Positions 37,976-51,069 of a stretch of DNA of 64,000 nucleotides are shown here, in pieces. The notes below the pieces were generated by a model that worked only from the letters and a program-made list of their open reading frames with translations, made no database searches and was not told the origin of the DNA. The translations under genes were made by a program, and so were the position numbers. Position 1 is the stretch's first letter, and every line of letters begins with the position of its first letter. This DNA is from Eledone cirrhosa (taxonomy: Eukaryota): positions 238,018,001 through 238,082,000 of the forward strand of contig OZ024742.1 of NCBI GenBank assembly GCA_964016885.1, written 5' to 3'.

Positions 37976-39371
37976 TAAATGGAAACTATATTTATAAAAC
38001 CATAATTATTTTATTATATATATTTCAAGGGCAACCAAAACAGCTTTGGTGCGCTTTCATCAGATAAAATACAAAATTTCTTTTATAAATGTTGACATAC
38101 CCGTAGAAAAACAACCTTGACGGTTGAAGATTCGCTGGATAGTGGAAAACATTTTTTATTGAGGGTAATTCAAAGTCCTGTGTGAGTATGCAAATGAATG
38201 TCCGAAAAAATTGAAAAACAACCGTTTATTTAAATTATACTCTTGGAAGAAGAGAGAGAAAAAGAAGAGAAAAAAAAATGCGAAGAAATAAGCTTATCCA
38301 AGGATGAGTACGTATATCGTAAATACATCATGTTTTTATGCTATATTTATATTAAAAATAAAGATATGTTAAAAAATATATTAAAATAAAATATATTAAA
38401 ATATATTAATAAGAATATATGAGTATAGATGAGTATAGATGGGTATGTCATGTTATAGATGATAAATTATTTAAATGTATAATGTTTTACATTGGAAAAA
38501 TATTTAAAATCCAGTTTTGTTTATTTATTAGTTATTATGAGATAAGTTTGACAAAAATATGTTTAAAAGATATATTTAGCCAGAGTTTGTTATTGGTTGT
38601 AAGTCAAAACTTAAATACTTAGAAAAATTACAAAGATTACGAAAAATTAAATAATTAATTAAAAGTATATACTAAAACTATTTAAAATTTCAGACTATAA
38701 AGCTATAAAAATTAAGACTATAAAAAAACTAAAAAGTTTTAAGAGATTTTTTTTAAATCTCAAAAAGATTCCTAAGATACACAAAAATCATTTAAAATAT
38801 TTAAAAACATTTAAAAATTATTCATAAATATAAAGAAGTATTAAGAAATATTTGAAAATACTTAAACATTTAAAATATTTAAAATATTTAAAATGTTTAA
38901 AATATTGAAAAATATAAAATTCAAAAATATTAAATTCAAAAATATTAAAATATTAGTTGACCCAAAGAGAATAATGTTTTATAATTTAAAAAAAAAATTT
39001 TTTTTTAATTTTTTTAAGTTTAAAGTAATCATTCCAAAAAGATTATGAGATATTTTGGAAGTAAGATAAATAAAGGTAAAAATAAAGATATTTATGGAGT
39101 AAAAGTATTAAGAAGTAAATTATATTCTTCCAACAGTATAATTTAAATAAACGGTTGTTTTTCAATTTTTTCGGACATTCATTTGCATACTCACACAGAA
39201 CTTTGAATTACCCTCAATAAAAAATGTTTTCCACTATCCAGCGAACCTTCAACCATCAAGGTTGTTTTTCTACGGGTATGTCAACATTTCTAAAACAAAT
39301 TTTGGTTGCTCTTGAAATATATATAATAAAATAATTATGGTTTTATAAATATAGTTTCCATTTATTAATAT
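37969..39371. mobile_element. 1.4-kb fold-back element, extremely AT-rich interior, hammerhead in left arm
   Basis: Inverted arms 37969-38251 and 39125-39371; abuts (TA)n. Confidence 0.85.
38008..38070 (-). ncRNA. Type I hammerhead ribozyme
   Basis: attttat-CTGATGA-aagcgcaccaaag ctg ttttggttgccctt-GAAA-ta ta ta-TA-ataaaat. Confidence 0.78.
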
Positions 39372-39465
39372 ATTGAATATTTACTCCAGTAATTTGTTGA
39401 GTGCTTTATATCACTTATAAAACTTTTAAGCTTGTTGAATCCCAACAAATTAAATATAACTTCTG

Positions 39466-39539
39466 CATATATATATATATATATATATATACATACACAC
39501 ATACATAAATGGTGTTCATATCCGTAAGACTGACACGCA

Positions 39540-39609
<70 letters not shown>

Positions 39610-39625
39610 TGTATGTATGTGCATG

Positions 39626-39664
<39 letters not shown>

Positions 39665-39685
39665 ACATGTATACATATATATGTA
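39466..39685. repeat. Compound TA/CA/TG microsatellites
   Basis: Direct inspection. Confidence 0.93.
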
Positions 39686-40778
39686 CGTATCATCAATAAA
39701 TCATATAACAAATATAAATTATTGCCCTCGTATGAGTAAAGCTACCCTGTTTTGTATAATCTCAATTAATTCGACATTACTTATATACTTACACATATTT
39801 ATCATACCTCAGAGACAGAAACGTCAAAAGTGATCGTCAGATCATATTCTGTGGAATAAGACACATTAAATCAGATATCTTAGTTTTAGTTGAAGAAATG
39901 TCTCGCCTACCCCTTGTTTCCTTTCTTTGATCTCCTGAATATCATAAATCTACGAAGGAAACAAAATATCCCTACAGAGCCTCGCTGAAAACATTAATTG
40001 AAACCCTAGAAGAAATATGATATTAAAAAATCCCTATTAATGTTTGCTTCGAAACAAATTTTAAAACATTTTACTTCCGATCACGCATGCAACAAAATAT
40101 CACGAGAAATTTAATCTGTTTCAAACTATATCGATATTATGAATCCGAAATATGACAGCTACTGTGAATTATTAACATCAATAAAAATAAAAGCTGAAGC
40201 CACAAATGAAATTTAATGAGGGTATTCATTAATTTGAATGTATGCTCTTTTGGAAGGCTGTCCGAATTACGATAAAATATTTGACCAGTCAGAGTAAAAT
40301 TTAGAAATCTTCTATAGTTTCATATTCCATATTTCGTAATATATTTTTTATTTGCATACTAATTTGAGTAAATTTGTAAAATGATCTTGTTTTCCTGCAA
40401 AATAACTGTCAGATTATTTTTTATTGCGCATTTTTACTGCATAACTAAATACATTTCTCCGTGGTCTAGGGTATGCAGAGGGCTTTACTTTTCGTTTTAT
40501 TTCTATTGCACTGAAATTGTATTCTGCTTAATAAGAGAGTGTTGTAGTTTATTTGAAGTATTGTGAAAAGTGTAGAAAATTATGTGTATTACTGGAAATC
40601 TACAGCAATGCAAAAGGAATATTAAATGTTAAAAATAATGAAAACAAAGTTGTTCGAAAGTTACCTTGGTGTTCTTTTATAGTCTTCAATATTTCGGAAT
40701 ACAACGTTCCTGTTATAAAAAGAAGAGTGAAGACGTTGATTTTGAGTAATATATCTTGTATTAGGTTTAAAATATACA

Positions 40779-40814
<36 letters not shown>

Positions 40815-41006
40815 TAACTAGCAGTGATTTTATGTTATATTCCATGCAGCAGTGCATTGGTACAGTCTTTATGATACCGCGTTAAATGACCGGAAGGTCA
40901 ACTTTGGGAGATAATGACAATACACTGTTGTTTATTACATAATTAAATAACTCTGAACTATATAGAGAGCACTCTTCTTTCCTTTACCTTTTCCACGGAA
41001 ATACTT

Positions 41007-41117
<111 letters not shown>

Positions 41118-41129
41118 GGACGATTTGTT

Positions 41130-41245
41130 AAGCCTTCATTACGTTTATTGATTGGTGACGCACGTTTCGCTATTGATCAGCTCAAGGTTCGATCTTTATC
41201 AATCTGGACCAACTCTACTCTGGAATCAAATTCTCGTCGGACTTC
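41130..41245 (-). mobile_element. Repeat with CCGACGA hammerhead variant (family of 17495)
   Basis: Minus strand: gt-CCGACGA-g[~55-nt extra]gagctgatcaatagc-GAAA-cgtgcg-TC-ac. Confidence 0.55.
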
Positions 41246-41365
41246 TGCTGTTGTATTTACACTCTGTTTAGCTCCACACCTCGCTACTGACGTGAATCTA
41301 AACATTAAGTGCTCACCTGGGTGAACCTACAGTAACTTCACGTTACACTCCCTATATATTTATTC

Positions 41366-41790
41366 TAGGGCGGGTAAAATTCCCGAGATCCATAGACGAA
41401 TTCTCTCCAGCGGTCTCTGTCCCTCATTATCGCTGCCATGTCCTGCGTCTCCAACAGACCAGTGTCTGTCCTTAGGGCATCAACATACGTTAACCTTGGT
41501 CTTCCTCTTCCAGTGTGTCGATGTAGGGGCTCCCACAGGAGCACTGAGTGCAATGTTAACTCTGGATGTCGGTGAGCATGTCCAGCTAACCTCAGTCTCC
41601 TCTGTGTTACTTTCGAGCTGACTTTTGGGAGGCTCCCATACAGCTCTGAGTTTTTCATCCTCAGTGTATACTGATTAATGTTCAGAGCTATCCTCAGCAT
41701 TCTCGTGTAGCACCCATCCACTATCTGAGTGAGTTTCTTGGTCAGTGTCCAAGTCTCAGACCCGTACAGTAGCACAGACTCCACTACAGC
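41366..41790 (-). mobile_element. RTE LINE 3' end
   Basis: NAVVESVLLYGSETWTLT..RRLRLAGHAHRH..GRGRPRLTYVD..DRDRWR. Confidence 0.92.
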
Positions 41791-42428
41791 ATTGACTTTA
41801 AGAAGGCCTTTGATTCTGTGGACCGTCACTGCCTGATGAAGATCTTTCAGGCTTATGGAATCCCCAAGAAGATAGTGGACCTGATATCACTGCTCTACAC
41901 TAACATCAAATCCCAAATCATTACACCTGATGGGATGACAGAGTTCTTTGAGATACTGGCTGGAGTGTTCCAGGGAGATACATTGGCTCCCTACCTTTTT
42001 ATCATCGTAGTGGACTATTGTATGCGCCTTGCACTGGAGAAACACCAGGACTCTGGCTTTACTGTAGCATCGGCTCAGAGCAGGAGAGTTAAGGCGAAAA
42101 AGATATCGAATGCTGAATTTGCCGACGTCATAGTTTTGGTGACAAATACAGTGAAGGAGGCAGAGGATTTGATGCAGGAGGTTGAGACTGTATCGATGGG
42201 TGTGGGGCTGAGAATGAATGAGACTAAAATAAAATATCTGATAGAGAATGTTGAGAAGCCAGAGGGATCACTAATGTAGGCGGGAATCCGCTAGAATTGG
42301 TTGAGGACTTCCTGTATTTGGGAGAAAAGATAGGGAATACGGAAGATGATGTGGTTGAGAGGAAGAGCAAAGTCTGAGATCGATATGGAAGTCGGACCTT
42401 CGTAAAGACCTGAAAATCCGCCTCTTCA
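41791..42428 (+). mobile_element. Inverted 5' (RT) part of the same RTE copy
   Basis: IDFKKAFDSV, GVFQGDTLAPYLF, EFADVI, DFLYLG; ends LKIRLF. Confidence 0.92.
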
Positions 42429-42429
42429 C

Positions 42430-42483
<54 letters not shown>

Positions 42484-42486
42484 ATA

Positions 42487-43059
42487 GTGTGAGTGATTAT
42501 CCTCATTCCTCTCTGTGCAGTCATTTCTAGCGTCACTCCTGAATAGTGGAGTTTCCATCCTCCATCCAAATCTACAGTATCAGAGCTACGGAACTTTGTT
42601 GAGGAAACCCCTACTATGTCTAGCTAGTCGCATCTAGCCTCCTCCACTAGTTCCTTCTCCTTACCTGTAAGGGTTGTGATGTCCCAGGTTCCAACTATTA
42701 AGGTTTGCTCCCTTTCGGACCCTCTTTGGGGATTCAGGATACGCAATTTTTGTGCGTCCATCCCACGCCTACCAGGAAAGGTTTCAGGCCAATCGTCAGT
42801 TTTTGCTGCATGAAATGAGATTGCAATATATTTTTCAAACAGGCCACTCTACCTAAGGCTTGAACGCGTCCCTTGTTAATCTGCGCAACGGACGATGCGG
42901 TATGGTTCTTTTTCTTTTTCTTTTGAAAGATTTGTCTCTGTGGTTGGTACACGTTTATGCACCAAACAAGTAGTCGGAATCCAGGTAGTTTCCTGCAGCG
43001 TTAGATGTAGTTAAAACTGAGTCATATATCAATTTCTGCTTCAGCTGTTAAATACTGCC
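42487..43059 (-). mobile_element. RTE 5' region and APE start, inverted relative to 43060-44680
   Basis: LIVGTWDITTLTGKEKELVEEA..LDIVGVSSTK..GWKLHYSG; the right boundary is approximate. Confidence 0.7.
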
Positions 43060-44680
43060 GGCGAAAGAGGTTTGCTGGGGCACCGGATGGCAGGATGAAC
43101 GCTTGGTTCCATCAAGAGATCAAAGATGCCATCCAAGCAAAGAAGGAAGCTTACAAATCTTTTCTTGGAAATAAGTCCTCCTTCTTGCACTTGCTGTACA
43201 AGCTGGCACAGGTCCCAACAGAGATATTAAAGGCGACGAAAGTTAAGATATGGGAGGACTTTGGGGTTAATATGGAATCCGACTTCAGATCAGCAAATAA
43301 AGAATTCTGGCAGACCATCCACCGACTTCTTAACAAGAAGAACTCCTCCACACCTGCTATTAAGAACGCATCTGGGGTTCTCTTCTTTTCAGAGAGGTGC
43401 AACCTCACGAAGTGGAAACAATATTTTGCTGATCTCCTAAACCTGATCACAACGGCCTCTTCTGATGTACACGAGGTATATCTGGAAGCGGTGACTAATC
43501 CCTCAGACTAGAGCAGTTAAAGAGCAGTTAAAGAGCAGTTAAAGAGCTCAAATGTGGCAAGGCTGCTGAGGAAGATGAAATCCGGTCCGAAATGTTAAAG
43601 GTAATCTCTGGCTGAGTCGTGTGTGCTGGGTGGCCTGGATCTCTGGAAAGCACCTAAGCAATGACAATCGTGAATGATGATCCCAATTTTCAAAAAGTAG
43701 GCAAGAGCGATTGCTTCAATTAAAAATGGATCTCCTTGTTAAGCCTCACCGATAAAGTCTATGCTAAATGATCGGACGAAAGTCCGGTTTTCGGCCCGGA
43801 CGTGGCATACCCGACCAAATATTCACACTGCGGCAGGTCTTCGAGAAATCGTGTAAGTATTGACAAGAGGTATACTCTTGTTTTGTCTACCTTGGAACGT
43901 TCTGCGGGAGTATGGAATCGATGGTCAGCCTCTGGCTGCGATGATGTCTCTATATGAATGCCGAAGTATTAGTGTTCGGATAAATGGTGCTAAATCGAAA
44001 CCATTTGAAATGGGTGTTACTTAATTCGCCAGAAGGTAATTTCCGACTGGCACTCGATAAGTTTGATACCGAGTGCTGCATGGCTGGAATGAAAATCAGT
44101 GCTGCGAAAACTGAGACACTTGTCCTCTCAAGGAAGCCTGCGCAGTGCACTCTACATGTAAATGGAGTTCCACTGAAGCAGGTAGAGAAGTTCAACTATC
44201 TCGGGGCCATGTTCACGCGTGATTGAAGGCAGGAGGAGGAATTAAATGCAAGAATTGCAGGAACTGGTGCCGTAAAGACCGAATACGATCACGAATACAA
44301 GCGGCCGAAATAGGGTTCCCTCGAAGGGTCTTTGGGGTAACGTTATTCGGGGATCAGAGAGTCACACTAGTCAGAGACGTTACTTCTCTGAATTGAGAGA
44401 TCACAGCTCCGATACTATGGACATGTGGTTAGAATGTCCCAGGAAAGAATCGTTGGACAGATTTTACGGGTAAAACCAATTGACAGTAGACCCAGAGGTA
44501 GACCCCGAGCAAGATGGTTGGATAGCATCCCCGAGCTTGGCTGGTGTCGCTTGGGGATCCATGTACGTAAATACTCATCTTGGAGATGGTTGCTTTTGAC
44601 AGTATCCATTGGAGGAGTGTTTGAGGACTCTACCCCAACGACCCTCTCAAGAATAGCTGTGCGAAGAAGATGTATAACGT
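43060..44680 (+). mobile_element. Decayed RTE LINE (linker, RT, 3' end)
   Basis: FWQTIHRL, GKAAEEDEIRSEMLK, SGFRPGRG..DQIFTLRQV, MKISAAKTE, QVEKFNYLG, RPRGRPRARWLD; many stops; 11-bp triplication at 43510-43547. Confidence 0.9.
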
Positions 44681-45167
44681 AGAAAGTGATGTATGTAAGA
44701 AGGTTAAAACAATGCAAAATGGACGGTAAGCTGAAGGCAACGAAAAAGTTAGTTACCTGGTAATCTTTATTTTTTTTTGTTTTTCTTTTTCGTCCTTATA
44801 TTTTAGGATTTAAACTTTCCTTCGTCACAGTATAAGAAAAACGTTCCTGTCTATGAAAGTTAATATTGAAGCCAGAGACAGAAATGTGGGAAATCTAAGA
44901 ATAAAGGAAATCTACTTAAACGTTGACTCAACTCATCAATCAATAACAGAATAGAACTCAGCATACAATACTTGACATAGAAGGTCACACCCACACGCAA
45001 CCTGAACACAACATTTGATTCTATCAGATAATACATACGGTAATTTACGTCATCCTCCAACTTTTCATAAATATTACAGCAAACGTCAAACAACATTTGA
45101 AAGCGGTTTATGAATTATAAATTTAAATCTAGTTTCAAAGCGAATAGACCAGAACGTTCTATTCCCT

Positions 45168-45211
45168 AAACTCTGACGAAGGGAATTTTAAGGCCCGAAA
45201 TATATCATCTT
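45168..45211 (+). ncRNA. Hammerhead remnant
   Basis: aaact-CTGACGA-a-ggg aattttaagg ccc-GAAA-tataTC-atctt; stem I decayed. Confidence 0.45.
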
Positions 45212-45488
45212 CCACATTATATATTACCAGATCATTCCTGACCCGTTGGGTCACGTTCACTTCAAAATATATTTTTTTTAATGATGTTAACTTTAATATA
45301 ATTTTTATATAATTAAAATATACACAGACATGTATATAATGTGAAATGAAACTGGAAGGCCCATATATATATATACGTGTGTATGTATATATATAAATGT
45401 GTGTGTGTATACATATATATATATATGTGTATGTGTGTGTGTATATATATATATGTGGGTATCTGTGATCTATATGCACTGGTCATAG

Positions 45489-45519
<31 letters not shown>

Positions 45520-45529
45520 CATACACTCA

Positions 45530-45573
<44 letters not shown>

Positions 45574-45919
45574 TACCCAACAACACCACCAGCTCTCTTC
45601 CATTCTCTTCTGTCTCCTTTCCCTCTCTCTATGTCTCTCTTTCAATCTACTCTGTCACAACCACTATCTCTTCCTCTCTATCTTTTTCTCTCTATGTTGA
45701 TGAAGGTACCCGGAAAAAACCCATATCTCGGGAACCCATGGTCCAATTTACGCGAAACTTGTTTTATTCCATTCGTATTCCCATTTCAGGGGCAACTTCT
45801 TTTCAAAGTATTTTCCCATTATACGCCCTTTTGGCTGTATTGCATTCAATCACAAAACATTAGTAATATATAGGTTAATATTATATACAAAGCTTCAAGC
45901 AAACTACAACATTTTATTA

Positions 45920-45986
45920 TCGATAAAATAAAGTACCAGTAATGAACTGGATAATTGCTGGCCTTGTGCCTAAAGTAGAAACAATT
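45920..45986 (+). mobile_element. SINE family A 3' half
   Basis: TCGATAAAATAAAGTACCAG...AGTAGAAACAATT. Confidence 0.85.
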
Positions 45987-46157
45987 ATATGTATATATGT
46001 TTATTTATTCCTTTCTAGATTATGATATAAAGACGATCGATTTTTCAGAGTCGTCATTGTGTTGGATATTTGTTCGGTGTCTTTTTGTTATGTGTTCAAA
46101 TCCCGCCGTATTCTACTTTACCTTTCATCCTTTCGGGGGTTTTATTCTAATCTTCAA

Positions 46158-46340
46158 TAATTGTTTCTAATTTTGGCACAAGGTCAGTACATTACTGGTA
46201 CTTCATTTTATCGACCCCGTAATGATGAAAAGCAAAGTTAACCTCGGTGGGATTTGAACTCAGACCGTTCAAGGGCCGTAACTCTATACTACAAAGCATG
46301 GTGTCCAACTCTCTACCGATTCTGCCAATCCACCGCCCTT
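46158..46340 (-). mobile_element. SINE family A (tandem copy 1)
   Basis: Aligns to the family. Confidence 0.9.
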
Positions 46341-46342
46341 GA

Positions 46343-46532
46343 TAATTGTTTCTACTTTGGCACAAGGCCAGCAATTAAACCAGTGTATTACTGGTACTTT
46401 ATTTTATCGACCCCGTAAGGATGAAAGACAAAGTTAACCTCGACTTAATTTGAACTCAAACAGTAAAGGGACGTAACTATGCTAGAAAGCATGGCGTCCG
46501 ACCCTCTACCGATACTGCCAATCCACCGCCCC
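46343..46532 (-). mobile_element. SINE family A (tandem copy 2)
   Basis: Aligns to the family; head-to-tail with copy 1. Confidence 0.92.
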
Positions 46533-46914
46533 CATAATACCATCTAGTTAGTAATGGTACCATTTTCATCTCTAGCTTAAGTTTAAATTTCCTACAAACC
46601 TCTTAATGTATCTTTCCACTATCCCGTCATGTCTACCGTTATCTCCGTTATCTCTCTGACATCTTCCTACTTAAACATACAATGTGATTGACGGTTTCAT
46701 CTACGTTGTAGCTCTTACTGTCGTGCTTGCGGGCTTCTGTATATTTTCACTTTAACAAGATTTGTTTTAATCACTTGCAGTTCGTGTCTGGTTGTTATGA
46801 AGGTTTCAGTTTACCTCTTTCGTCCTTTCTCTGTCAGACAAACCCCCTGTTATTCTCATGCTGTGTTTAATATTTACCTAATAGCTGAACAAAAAATAAA
46901 TAAATAAGAATTCC

Positions 46915-47050
46915 TACCTGTTTTCAGTCATTAGACGGCGATCATTCTAGGACAACTCCTTCACTTAGTCGATCATATCGACTCTAGTATTTATTATCAA
47001 GTCTAGTACTTATTTTTATCGATCTCTTTTTGTCAAACCTCTAGTTTACG
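46915..47050 (-). mobile_element. SINE 3' tail fragment (related to 50538-50685)
   Basis: GTAAACTAG..AAAAAGAGATCGAT..ATAAGTAC..CTAATGACTGAAA. Confidence 0.55.
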
Positions 47051-47052
47051 AG

Positions 47053-47134
47053 ATGTGTGTGTGTGTGTGTGTGTATTTATATATATATATTTATATATAT
47101 ATATATATGTGTGTGTGTATATATATAGATATAT

Positions 47135-47209
<75 letters not shown>
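47053..47209. repeat. (TG)/(TA)n microsatellite
   Basis: Direct inspection. Confidence 0.95.
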
Positions 47210-47212
<3 letters not shown>

Positions 47213-48434
47213 TATACTTCTTTTAACTCATTTTAAACTCATTTCTCTAATGCTACACTTATCCGAGTGTTGTTCAGTGTACATTACACCTGAGCTTCTC
47301 TGTTTATTGCAATATACAATATCACCACCGCTTCGCTAAACGCTTCCAGGTGTGTCAATATATCGATCTAGATTATCTTTTGTTTGTTAAAAAAATACAT
47401 CAAAAGATTGGTACCGTCCAGATGTTTTTCTAATTACTTCTCTTTCAAAGGTGTTTCTAGTTCTCCGTCTTCATATATATGTCTTCACCTTGACCTGCCC
47501 ACCCCTTTAGTTTCTTGGCACCACGCCTAAATATTTATAACACACCATCCTTTCCTCTATATATTGCCTTGCTCTATAGAATGTTTAACAAACAATTGTC
47601 AAAAGAAAAACAATTGAGGGTCCTTTAACAACTGCCACCATCACACACCCTACGTTTCAGCCTAGTCAGCCTTATTAATAATACGACCCTGTATATACAC
47701 GCACACAATATTTTCTACAATCACTAAACCATTACTGATGAATCTGCACATCAATACCATATCAATATGGCAGTCTATAACGACAAATGTCATGGGAACT
47801 AACTACCCACGTTCTTCAACTAAACTATATTTTCAAAAATTCAAAAATACACCCAGTGCTACAGAGCTGTGGCATTGTATTTTAACAATTAAATCACTCC
47901 TCATTCCCCTCTCTCCCACTCTTCTGCTCTCTGTCCCTTTCTCTCTCTCTCTCTTTATCTCCCTCTCTCTCTCTCTCCCTCTCCTTCTCTCTCTCTCTAC
48001 ACACACACAAAGCTTCATCATTGACGTGATAATATGTCATGAGTAGCTAACAAACTCGTCTCATGAGTTTGAGACTAATTGAAAAATAAATTAAAATCAA
48101 AGATGAAATTGATTTAATGAATTTTACTGCTTCCACCACAAATTATAGATTCACTCATCATTGCTCAAACATTGTGTGTTTGCAGGCAAACTGTAAAATA
48201 CATTACTACATTACATTTCCACTTTCTACTGGTGTAAGCGTTGTCAAAGGAAAGAAAAAATAACAAGACAAATAAAAGCATATTGCTCTTCACATTAATA
48301 TAGTTTGTTTTTGTTCTAAAGCTTCTTTCCACGTCGGTTCAACTCTGTAGCGCAGGGAACATCGCATGCAACGATTGTCACTATAATAATAACATAAAAA
48401 TTCATATTTATTGATGCGTACTTTACTAATTTGC

Positions 48435-48560
48435 AGGCACGTGGCTTAGTGGTTAGATAGTTCGGCTTATGTTCATAAGGTAATAAGCTTGATTTACGGT
48501 GGCGCATTTTGTACTTGACTAAGACACGTTATTTTATGTTGCTCTAGACTACACAGCTAT
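48435..48560 (+). mobile_element. SINE family B fragment
   Basis: AGGCACGTGGCTTAGTGGTTAG head; TACTTGACTAAGACAC core. Confidence 0.6.
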
Positions 48561-49094
48561 AAAAATAATGTACATCGAATGTCGACAGACATTGTTTAGA
48601 GATTGGAAAGATCGAAAATATTTAAGAATACTTAGCGCAAAAACACTTAGTGTAAATCAATGTTTTGATATGAAAATACAAATAATTTTATATAATATAC
48701 GTTTATAATATCAAAGTGAAAGAACACGAGTTATTCATATTATGCGGGATGTTAAATATGGTTGAGTTTTACGATATATTCATGCTAATGGTGCTTCATT
48801 TGTTTTTAATTTGTCTTTATATAAATATTGGTCGGGGTGTGTTTGACTCGCGATCGTAAAGTCGATAGTTCGATTTTCGGCGGTCTGGGGTGTCTTTGTG
48901 CAAAACACTCTATTTCTCGTTGCACCAGTCCTCTCGGTTGTAAATGATTAGTTGAACCTGTAATATGAAGGTCTGGCTTTGTGACAATCTTGCTGAATCT
49001 CTCTAAGAATAAAATTAAGGATACACGTGCCTGTGGAATATTCAGATACATGTGCGTTAATTTCACAAGCAGACTATTGCGATGTTCGAACAAC

Positions 49095-49730
49095 TAGTCA
49101 ACGGAAGCAGCGGATGTAAAATACTATGGAGGAGATGTGTTGCCTCGAAGAAGAATGGGCCAATAATCTCCCTCTCAGAAATGGCAGGCCAAACTGGATA
49201 TTTAGCCTTGTGGAGAGATTTTGCAGTCATTTCAATGGGTTTTTCATACTCCCAGAACAAATTCTTCTTAGAGTTGATCTTCCCCTCTAAGGGAAAGTGG
49301 ACTTCTTCAGAAGTCCACATCAGATTGAGAAAATTTGTGTTCTTTTCCAGCTTCCCCGGCATTTTCTAATCTATAGACTTTCTCTTGATCTTATCAACTA
49401 CAGTAAGCTTTTGTTTAGTCTATATCCTGTAGGACAACCCTTCTGAAAGCTTCTGCGCAGGAACGTTTTGGACTCTCGGACCATGTCAATAACTCTCTCT
49501 GTACGCTTACTTTATCGTCAAGAGTGGGTAGGACGGTCTTTAGACATTGTATTGATGTTCTCTACTGTCCCATAGATCTCAAACTTCTCACCCAGTTCTG
49601 TTAATTTGAAGGGAGATTTGTTCCGTTAAAAAAAAATGCAGGAAATTGCTCGTGGACCTGCTTGTACGAGCAACACTTACAGTATTCCACACCGAAATGT
49701 TGGTGCTGGAGCTCTCATTGGAGTCATGTT
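49095..49730 (-). mobile_element. Tc1/mariner-superfamily transposase remnant
   Basis: WTSEEVHFPLEGKINSKKNLFW..KSLH..VWPAIS..IIGPFFFE matches the SDEAHF..VNKQN..PLH..VW..IIGP type; frameshifted. Confidence 0.8.
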
Positions 49731-50537
49731 TTTCCCTCAGTCCTTCTATCTTCCATGACCTGAAACTTAAGGTTGATCGATCAGAAAATGAATATACAGT
49801 GACACAAAACGCACGGAAGGTGATTTTCTTTTTAGTCAATCTGTTTTAGCGACTCATGATTCTTTCATTTAGCAGGAATGATATTTCTTCAATGTATTAT
49901 TCAGTTAAATGCTATTAAATAACAGCTGCTGTATGAAAAGATATATTGTAAAAGTTACAGCGGTGATCTTTGTAATATACGAGGCAATTACTTCTACAAT
50001 AACAATTTTCTCTGTTTCCTATTGTAATTTCGCAAATATCTTCAATGTCCAGTGTTTTTAATTCACATTTTTATTTGGATACCGCAAGGTTAATTGCTCT
50101 GCGTATGACCTGTGTGATGCAGAATATATGGCTGTTTCAGGATTGTCCGCTATGAAAGTATTTAGAAATGTCTGAATGTCTGATATATAAATTGATCAAT
50201 TATTCTTGGATGTCACGATGTTATAATATGACATTGCATTAACATAGAATTGAGTCTAAGATCTGTTTGACTCTTACTTTCATTCAGTCCCTTAAGCGTA
50301 GACATGATTAAGGAATTCACTTCACAACCACGTGGTTTTTATGTTCATTCCTACTAAAACTTTGAACAGGTGTTTTCTATTAAAGCCTCAGGTTGTAGAC
50401 GAAAACTATTTAGAAGCACATCATATATGTGGATATGTGTGTGTGTGTGTGTGTGCGTGTGTGTGTATGTATGTGTGTATTTATGTATGTGTGTGCGTGT
50501 GTGTGTGTGCGTGTGTCTGTGTTTATGTTTATGTCCC

Positions 50538-50685
50538 GTAACTTAGCCTTTCAATAAAAAGAAATCATTAAAATAAGTATCAGACTATGAAAAATGTGGT
50601 CCTTATGACTGAATAAATCTCTTTAAGGCGTGACCCCCAGCATGACCAGAGTCTAATGAGTGAACCCGGTAAAAGAATAAAAGAT
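50538..50685 (+). mobile_element. SINE 3' tail following (TG)n
   Basis: GTAACTTAGC..ATAAGTATCAG..CCCCAGCATGACC..CTAATGAGTGAA..GTAAAAGAATAAAAGA. Confidence 0.6.
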
Positions 50686-51069
50686 TTCAAATATCATGAA
50701 TCTCATTTTTCAAACAACAAAAATCCTATGCTTCTTGGAAATAATTTATCGATCAAATTTTGGCAGATCTCTAGCGGGGTTGAATAGCGAATGAATCCAA
50801 TCTCCAGTTCAGTTTCAATTCCTACATATAATAATAGGGAAAGAAGACAATTTTGCCATTGGTATTTCCATTGCCGATACTTATCTGAATGTCGCAACCC
50901 TTGCTAGAAACCTAACTGTTTTCCTGGTGACAAGAGGTAGGGTTTGAGCCTATACAACCAGAACAGTTACCGCAAAACATCCCATCTGACGCTTTAACAA
51001 TCTCCTTTATTCGACCGCATCTGGACAGGTCATTCATATATCGATTCTGAAAACATTAAAAGCATAGTT

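Noticed and set aside
39978-40020. Possible short terminal exon after CCTACAG
   Set aside because: Only 13 codons, with a weak polypyrimidine tract and no other support.
45697-45765. Hammerhead-like TTGATGA...CGAAAC
   Set aside because: C3 is mutated and the stems are unconvincing.
50925-51015. Minus-strand tRNA-like sequence ending in CCA
   Set aside because: Better explained as a decayed SINE head; no valid acceptor or anticodon stems.
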